From the human T2T-CHM13v2.0 reference genome, Homo sapiens: a stretch of 64,000 nt of DNA. The translations under genes were made by a program, and so were the position numbers. Shown piece by piece: positions 55,670-64,000 of this stretch; within the stretch, counting starts at the first letter, position 1, and each line of letters opens with the position of its first letter. The notes under the pieces are model-generated. The model saw only the letters and a program-made list of their open reading frames with translations. It did not search any database and had not been told where the DNA came from. The stretch lies in NCBI RefSeq assembly GCF_009914755.1, contig NC_060926.1. One strand, given 5' to 3'.

Positions 55670-56640
55670 ATATCAGTCAGCATCCTTACTTGCAAGTAAC
55701 TGTCTTATTTAAGAAAAATAAAATCACTGAAGGGATATTTGGCAGCTCTTAGAATTGCTTGGAGGGCTACAGATCCAGACTTGGAAAACACACAAGACCA
55801 AAAGGAGGCCAGACAATCAGAACCGTTGCAAAGCAGGTTCACTGTTTGCTGGTTAGGTAAAGTGCACATCAGCCCACTGCAGCTTGGGCTTTCCTTTTAT
55901 TTCTTCCTCAAATCCGGGGAGACAGAACACACACAAGTTACGCAAAGTCAGTTCACTACTTACAGATAGGAAGTGAGAGACACCAGAAGCCTGGGATTTA
56001 TGATCAGTTGGACCTCCAAGGCTCAGGAAAGCAACCCAGGGTGAATGGAGTCTCATTTGCATGTGTACCACTTGCCCAGCAGCTGAGGGACCCTGGAAAG
56101 CAGCACCCCCCCTTACCTTGGGGAAACATACCTGGTAGGCTAAAGCATTGAAGGACATCTTGTTTCCAGGAGAAACTGAAACAGAGCCCAGGCTCTTCCA
56201 GCCTGCCCCCTTCTTATCCAGGATGTTGCATTCCCAGCACAACCTACAGTTATTTTTGAGAACTACAAAGCCGGAAAGGAGGGAGAACTGGGTCAGTCCA
56301 AGGCCACCTGGAGAAGTGTCCTGCAACCACAGTCCAAAAGTCTCTCACATTGCTGACTCCAAGACACTGCCCCTGCTGCCTCAGGACACTGAAAATGTCC
56401 ACAGCTGAGCAAAGAATTCCCCAGCAACTGGTTCTTTGCATTAGTAGTTCCACAGGCAAGATTCTCAACAAATGCATCTGATTGGCCAAACTTAGGCACC
56501 TGTCCCCAGTTGACAACATTGAAAAAGTTATTTTTTAGCTTCTCAAAATAGAAGAGGCTGTGCCAAGAGTCATATGTTGATGAACCCCCACATTTAGGAA
56601 GAGTGTTTCAAAGCTGGGCAGCTCCTCCAGAATGACATAT
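55670..56640 (-). mobile_element. Old MaLR LTR (MLT1-like) with a nested ERVL LTR (MER74/MER54-like, about 55845-56330)
   Basis: TATATCAGTCAGCATCCTTACTTGCAAGTAAC and GCATCTGATTGGCCAAACTTAGG (MLT1); CCAAGGCTCAGGAAAGC and TCCCAGCACAACCTACAGTTATT (ERVL LTR). Confidence 0.5.
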
Positions 56641-57837
56641 TTGAAAAGAACTTTTTTTTTACAAGGTAGTGTCCACACCTAGCATAAGCCCTTCACACAC
56701 CAACTGTAAGACACATGGCAAGGCTTCTGGAAATTCAGATATGAAACTAAATATGCAAGAGGAAAAGTAGAAACACCCACAAGGTTTAGCATGTGGCCAA
56801 ATAACCAGGTTGTGAAAGCTTCCCTACTTCTTGCCATCATCAGGCAGGTAAAGATATAACCCCATTATTCTGGTCCTCAGGCTGGTGTTGATTTAGAACA
56901 CCTGTGCTTCCCCCATCAAGAACACATTTGAACATAATAGAAAGCAAGTATGAGAGATAAAATGGAAGGTAAAGGGAGGTCTTGTACTTCAATGTTTCAC
57001 CAATTCATCACCCTATATTGAAGACTGCAGTCAGCTAAGCCAGACTGCTACCATATGAGAAGCCTCAGAGCTCCTATTCTTGGAAAACCAACCCTCCCTG
57101 CACCCTTACGTGGAGGCTGAGCTAGGTCCTCCTCCTACGTGTGCCAAAGCAGGCTATTCTTACCTTTAGTATATCATTCTCCTCCTACTGCAAATATCTG
57201 TTCTGTTCACTTGCCTGTCAACCCAACTGAACTCAGAACACTTTGAGAAAGGAGACTGTGTATCTGTAGCACAAATCACAGTTCTTGGCACCTATAGGAA
57301 ATAAGAAATATTTGTTAAACAAATGACTGAAATAAAATATCAGTGTCATGACTCCAAAAGGCAGAATAAATTCAGAATAAATCCTTAACTGTTGTTTTCA
57401 TAAGAGGTAACCTTGCAAGTCATGATGCACCGGTGACCTTCAGAAAAAAAGTCTTTAAAAACACCAAAAAAAAAAAAAAAACACAAAGGCTTTGAGAGGT
57501 GGCTTTCATTGAAAATCTTCTCCACCCTGACACCATGCCCCTTAGCTTTTTGCCCAGTTTGTGTTCTTGAGTCCCAATCCCAACATACTCATCCCCACCT
57601 CCATCACACAAATCTACTTACCATCATCCTACTTCCTACTTCCCTCTACAAGTGAATGAGCTACACTTAAGGACCAAAAATATCAAATATCCTTAGGTTG
57701 AAAATCAATTAATTTTTGATAACTTTTTTCCACCCCATCCCGTGCCTACTGATTCATCTAATTGGAACTTTCAGTGAAATAATCTGGTCTTCCAGACTAT
57801 TCTGACTAGCTAGAATGGAGGTGACAGTCACCACCTT

Positions 57838-58353
57838 GCATCAGTTAGCTTTTTCTGCAAAACATACCACCCAAAACTTAGTGGCTTCAAATAATAGCCA
57901 TTGATCATTGCTCACAGACCTGTGGTCAGGTCTGTGCTGCTGCTGATCTGCGTCAGCATTGGCTGCTCTTGGCTGAACTTGCTCATGCATCTGCAGTCAG
58001 CTGGTCAGCCGGGTGATACGTGGTCTAGGATGGCCTACTCACATGTCCAGAAGATGATGTGCAGTTGGCTGGAGCCCTAAGGGTGAGTCGGCCATGTGTA
58101 TGTCAGCATTCATTAGGCTAGTCCAAGCTTCTTCACACAATGGCCATAGAAGCGGCCCTATGTACAACAAAAGAGGGCAAGCCCCAGTGTTTGGGCACCT
58201 CTCACATCTCTGGCATTCTCACATTTGCTATTATACCACTGGCCAAAAGAAGTCATTTGGTCAAGGTCAGAGTCAGTGTAAGAGGGGACTTCCCAGGACC
58301 ATACAAGGAAACCCTGAATAAATTGGAGATCGTTACTACAACAATCTAGCACA
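57838..58353 (-). mobile_element. MaLR LTR (MLT1G/H/I-like)
   Basis: CCACCCAAAACTTAGTGGCTTCAAA; CCACTGGCCAAAAGAAGTCA; ends ACAATCTAGCACA. Confidence 0.75.
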
Positions 58354-58579
58354 TATCCTTGGCCCAGGGTGACTTCATTCTTCAACCTCTTTAAAACATT
58401 TACCCTTCTGATATACACATGTAAAGCTGAAATTTAATTTGGGAGTTGGAAGATTTATCAGTATTTCAGGTTTCCTTTGTGTATACCTCAGATGGTCACC
58501 TGTGCACTAAAATAAAATTTAAACATTTCACACAGCACACAGCAAGTGAGCTTTTGAGATCAACTGCTCATTTTTATGT

Positions 58580-59130
58580 TCATTTACATGAGTCTGGAGT
58601 TCATAAGGACAAAGATTTCATCAGTCCCATTTCCCTTCATGCCCCAGACCTAGAATAGGGCCTAATATATAGCAGGAGGGAATTCATTCAGCAATTTATT
58701 TTTTTTTAAGCTCCTGCTATGTACACTGCTAGGGCTGGAGATACAGAGGTGAAAGATCTGGTACTTGTCCTCAAATAGCTTACAGCCCAACAGGGAGAAA
58801 GAAGAGTAAACTAATAATAATATTATAATGTGGCAAATGAGACAGCAACAAAAATCCAGGGCACTAAGGGAGAGATTGGTGGAGATAAGAAGGGAGCAGA
58901 GAGTTCAGGTAAATGGCCTTTGCCATAATCTAGTCAAGAACTGATTCGGTTCCAAACCAAAATAGAGGCAAATGGGGTGAAGAGAAGTTGGCAGAATTGA
59001 GAAATGAAGGAGGGGACATGGACAGGTCTTGCTGATGGATTATAGCTGGAAAGAGAGTGTGAAGGAAGAATAGAGGATGATTATCAGGTGACTGAGTGAG
59101 TGGTAGACAGAAGACAATGTTTCTCCATAT
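58580..59130. mobile_element. L2 fragments
   Basis: CATTCAGCAATTTATT...CTCCTGCTATGTAC...GCTAGGGCTGGAGATACAGAGGTGAA. Confidence 0.55.
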
Positions 59131-61044
59131 CACAAGCCCAATGGTAAATTACACATATTTAAACTGGCTACTCTCTTGTTTTGATAACATTTGCAACTAG
59201 AGGAAAACCTACCCAATAAACATACATGACATTCCTTGGCCCCACATATCTTAAAGAATCCTTTAAACTCACAAGTCTTCAACATCCCTGTAATTGCCTT
59301 TTCAATCTCTTCTCTGTACCATCTCAAATATGTAATCAAACCTAAATTTAGTAAAATTATTTTTCTGTAGAGTAATATATTTTTATTGTTCATGTCCACT
59401 GCTAGAAGCCAACAATCTTTTTTTTATTACTATTATCTTACAATCATAAAAGCTCTGTGGCCAGGTTATGATTGCTTCAAATGAAGAAACTCAGTCCAGG
59501 TAATTTCTCACGACAGAAGTCCATGAGGAAGGTTAAGTCTGAAATCAAGCATATTAGATAATGCATCCAAGTTCAGACATTTGATTTATTGCCTATCCTT
59601 CCCAATGATTAAATATCCTGCTACCCTCTTGAAACTACACATATATTCATAATACGCTCAAAGCAGGTTAACTGTATACTAACTTTTCATCTTAATCCTC
59701 TGGAGAAAAACATCAGCCCTCACAAGACTAATAACAAAAAAGGATTGGACAGTAAAATCCAAGGAAGAGTAGAAGCAACTAATGAGGATGTGAGCATCAA
59801 ATTTCTCTCTCTAAACACCAGGATCTAGCAGTTTTTCATTGTGGTAAAGGAACTCAAGAACAGCTGTCGAAAATGTGGCATGGTTAACCCTCTAACAAAA
59901 AGTACCATCTGTGGGCACTGCAGTCTGGTTATGCAGATGTGCCCCAGTACAAAGCCCAAGGAAGAGAAAATGGGTTGGCGTTACTGAGGTTAACGGGTCT
60001 GAAAGCAGACAGCATATTTTCTTCAATAGAAGGAGCACTCTGCTACAGAAGGGGACAATTTGTAACATTTATAAATCATTACTGAACCTCTAATGCACCT
60101 CTAAATACCTGCATTCATGTTTTTAAAGTTTCTTTAACAGTAAGTAGATCAATTACAGAGGACTACAAGTTCAGCATCTTTCCATGTACCATTAGTAGTT
60201 CAGTTTAGCTGAAGAAGGTCCCTACACTAGCTTTAATCGGTTTCTCCCCCACACTCCCCATCCAGTAACGCCTCTCATTAAAACTAACTCTTTTGAAATA
60301 TGCAACACTGGCTAGCTTGTCCCACTTGCTAATGGTCCTGAATTGATTCTTAATTAGTTGCAGTTTTGGAAAGAATCCAATTAAAATAGTGAGGGATTCC
60401 AATAGCAGAAAAGAACTGGCTAATATGTGTTATGCTCTGAGCTGCTGATCTTTGCATTAAACTTGCTCAGGCAAAAGGCAGCTATGCAAAATATGGCAGG
60501 ATTCAAATCATACTAAACATGTTCAGGTTTTAAACAGAAACCTTCACATGGTAATTTATTCTCTAGCCATAAAACATGATCAAAGAAAGGCAGCCAAATG
60601 CTGTTAGAAAAATTACATTCCTTGATTCCACTTTCTCTCTCTTCTTCCTAAATGGACAGGTTACTAATTCAGAAGAAGGCAGCAGAATCTTTTCAATAAA
60701 TTATACCATATTTTTTATTTGCTGTGTATTTTCCAGTCCTCTACTTAAATTCCAAAACAGGAGAGGAAGCTCAGTGTGGGAGAATTGAAAGAAAAAAAAA
60801 GTACGGTGGGGGGAGAGAAGCTTCTAGGAAGCTAAATAATAGGTTATTTTCTTACGCTCTTTCCAAAAGCAAAGTGTTGCTACCAGCAAAATTCCCAGTT
60901 TTGTTTATGAGGGCAGCTGGAGGTCATTTGACAGGTATGGCTTTTATGGTTCATATTTAATTATAGAAAAGCGAGGACTCAGAAAAGCAAGGTCTCAGGA
61001 AGCCCAGGAAGGAGAAGGACTCGTGCCACTGCTGGTAGGTGACA

Positions 61045-61054
61045 GTCACGTGAC
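61045..61054. promoter_or_regulatory. Perfect palindromic extended E-box GTCACGTGAC (USF/MiT-TFE CLEAR consensus)
   Basis: Exact 10-bp match in unique sequence with an intact CpG; function unproven. Confidence 0.3.
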
Positions 61055-62019
61055 CAGCTTTTGTATTCAGCAGTAATAACTCACTGCCCGGTACTGGGAT
61101 GGAGCCCAGCTTGGCTATCCCCTGAGGAGCTTCCACCAGGCTTGGATGCACGGAGTCTTTGATCTGCAGATTAACATGATCAGGAACACAGGCTTTGTCT
61201 TTTCCAAACATCCTTGGTCCCTAAATTTGTAACCAATGAAAGCTTGAGCCCATTTTTATTTGAGTAATGAATTGCAGTAATTAATGTACACATTGATTTT
61301 TTTCAAGTCTCCCTAAAGGCTGTTTCCATTTTTAATTTATAGAAAATACATACTATTCCTTTAATAAGAGACTGCTCTAAATTTCAAAATACTTATGGAA
61401 GAAGAGGCACGATCAAGCAAACAGCAAAATGACGAAACAAGTGATGTTAAAGATTGGGCAATGACTTGAATTAAGCAAAGTCACTTTTGAAAAATTACTA
61501 AGAGACTTTTCCTGTGGAATTTCAGTATCAATTCTGGATCTGTTCAAACATTTCAGAATGCTTTTTAAAGAAGCAGTTATTTGAAGTGTTAAGTATCTAC
61601 ATGGATAAATATCTCCTTCCTTTCAAACCAAGCTCTTTCCCAACTATTAATAAAAGGGACATCCTGTCCAAAAAGGAAAGAGATGAAGAGAATTAAATCT
61701 GAATCAGATAAAATTGTTGTGGAATTTTAATTTTGTTTTAAGTGATCACATCATTTCTTCCAATGCCCCTGAAAAAATCGCATTTAAAACAAAGAGAGAG
61801 AGAGAAAAGGCCCTTGTCTCAGCTGCACCTTAATGAAGTATCCCCAGGGCTTGAAATGATGGGATTTTTCTTACTTGAGAAATAATTCTTTTTTTGCACT
61901 GGGGTTCATAATATATACCAATAGACAAAGAAGAGTGTGTGTGATACACAATCTGATAGTTATGTGAAAGTCACAGGTACTAAAGAGTAGAAAATCTCCT
62001 ATGGCAGGTATTCAGCAAT

Positions 62020-62620
62020 GGCAGGGTGGCCCAGGAGGGAGGAGGGTTTGGAGGCTCATGCAAACTAAAGGAATACCTGATTAACCTTTCGCTGACTCTG
62101 AGCCACGTGATGCGCAGTGAGCCTTCTTAGAGTGATGGCTTTAGAAGAAGATGTTAAATTTAACCTCTGGCGCAATGATAAATTGACAATAAAAAATTCA
62201 ATGGCTTGGTAATTACCAATCACTTTGGACATCGGCAACATTTTTCAGTTCTGTCACTGCGCATTGGCACAAAAGCTTCAGCTGAAATTCTCTCGATCTT
62301 CCTCTTTTTAACTTTGTTTTCATGATGCAGATTAAATCTGCCACCCTATTACTGATTCATTTTCCTAATTTTTCATGTCTGCACCATGCCCCAGCTGCAC
62401 CAGGCTGATAATTGTGGAGCCCAGCCCTGATGATTAACATCAGAAGAATTAATTATGCCTGCCATTAAAATTCCAGGTTGCACATGGTGATCAAGAAAAA
62501 TTAAGTTTCTCTAGGCCTCTAAATCATTTCACCTTCGCAGGGAAGGATAGTGCCTGGACAGCTAGGCTGCAGCCTGTGTTCCCGCTGAGGTCGAAATCAC
62601 ATGCCCTTTGTGTAATTCAA
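62020..62620. promoter_or_regulatory. Candidate conserved non-coding element or enhancer
   Basis: Repeat-free. About 10 CpGs retained in ~500 bp, CACGTG at 62104, and clustered homeodomain cores (TAATTA, AATTAATT, TGATTAAC x2). Confidence 0.35.
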
Positions 62621-64000
62621 CAAATGCCTTCCCAGTTATTTTTTCCACGATTTGGACTAAAAGATTTAATGCTTAGAAAATAAAAGAAACCTGAAATATA
62701 TTCTTGATCCTTTGAGAGGGGAGAGAAAAAAATTTTTTTCAGCAGCTCAGCTGCTGTTTCTGAAATATCTCTTATACTAATTCGTAGATGAATGAATCTC
62801 ATGGAAAAAAGAAATGTGCAGCCCTTGGAAATAGTTGATGAAATGAGGGTAGAAAAAGGTCTAGCTTTACAATCGTTATAAATGGGAAGAAAGGAAATGT
62901 TCATTCAAGTAGACAAAGGCAGTGGCATTTCTTGGAAATAAATTGATAACAGAATAAAAACAGATTCTTCAGATCTTTAGGCTAAATAATAATGAGTAAA
63001 GGAAGCCTGTTGACTGACGCATTTCCAAAATGATGGTTGCATGAGAAACTCAAAATGTATTCAGTCTAGCCTAAGGTACAAAATTTACTAGAGCTATAAA
63101 GAGTAAGATGATATGCATTTATCATGTTCTTTTTCTACTCTATGTTCCATTTTTAAATTACCATAATAATGTATATTATAGGCATGGCTTTAGAAGACTA
63201 CAAAGGGAGTCATATTTTGATGAACAGATGTAAATATCTTATACCAAATGGTAAATCTCTCATTCACCTCTATGCAAAGAGTATGCATAAGCTATGCATC
63301 ATATCTGTTTCATTTATTATATTTAAGAAGTGATATCACAAGACAACTATTTCATTGCAGATATTCTTGTTAGTTTTTACTGGCAGTAAATTTACAAAGT
63401 CAAGGTAACCATCCCAGGTGGAGCAGTTGTGGGCACGGAAGAGGATGTAAGGGAAAAATGTAAAACTAATTCTACCTTTCTAAAAGCTGTATTAGAAAAT
63501 TTTTTTAAAGCTTGAATATTTTGAAGTTGGCTCACTTTCACAGAAAGTCTTAGACTTAGTGACATGATAAAATCCCAAACTTAATGATTTAATAGCTGGA
63601 ACTGAATATTTCTTCTATTTCTCAAAGTAACTACCTTCTGCACTAATTACCCAGGATCATTTAATAACCCAGTTCCACAAACGACAAGTTCTACACACAA
63701 GGCTGAATATAAATTTATTCATCTTGCAAGCATTTTTCAAAGATGATGTAACAAAAACTAGAAATGTCTATTGAAATACCGAAATTTGAAAGTCATAAAA
63801 TCTGTTTAGAGAACCTAAGGTACAGATGAGATCAAAGCAGCAGGCTATTTAAGTTCCTCAAACTCTTCTTTACAGGGCACAGAACTGACTTTTGAGTATC
63901 CACATTCTTGATAATATTCCAATTCTTGAGGAGGTCTAGAAACAAGAAATGCTGCCTGCCAAACTGTTAAAAATACGAGCAAATAATGGACTATATTCTG

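Noticed and set aside
55853-56326. 157-aa minus-strand ORF
   Set aside because: It lies inside an ERVL-type LTR and shows no protein-like motifs.
57455-57486. A-tract flanked by AAAAACAC, a possible tail-only insertion
   Set aside because: The flank match is too short and low-complexity; slippage explains it.

Overview
This is AT-rich, non-coding hominoid genomic DNA, most likely human (AluY, an L1PA3-type insertion, AluS/J, MIR, L2, Tigger, hAT, MaLR/ERV LTRs). I found no host protein-coding exon, tRNA, rRNA or CRISPR, and no evidence of a novel multi-gene system. The only ORFs I can assign to a protein are L1 ORF2p C-termini and Tigger1 transposase fragments; the Alu-derived and other short ORFs look like chance frames. 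The best observations are genome-evolution scars read directly from the sequence. (1) A full-length U6 snRNA copy fused to a 5'-truncated L1 (U6/L1 chimera, 29345-30211). (2) A ~97-bp inverted templated copy (about 95% identical) of sequence 1.1 kb upstream, sitting at a deletion junction between an L1MA and a truncated LTR. (3) A second ~84-bp locally templated direct duplication. (4) A twin-primed inverted L1MC. (5) A full-length Tigger1 carrying a nested MST LTR. (6) Repeat-free, motif-rich blocks that look like conserved enhancers. Repeat subfamily names come from recalled consensus sequences and are approximate; many boundaries are within +/-10-30 bp.
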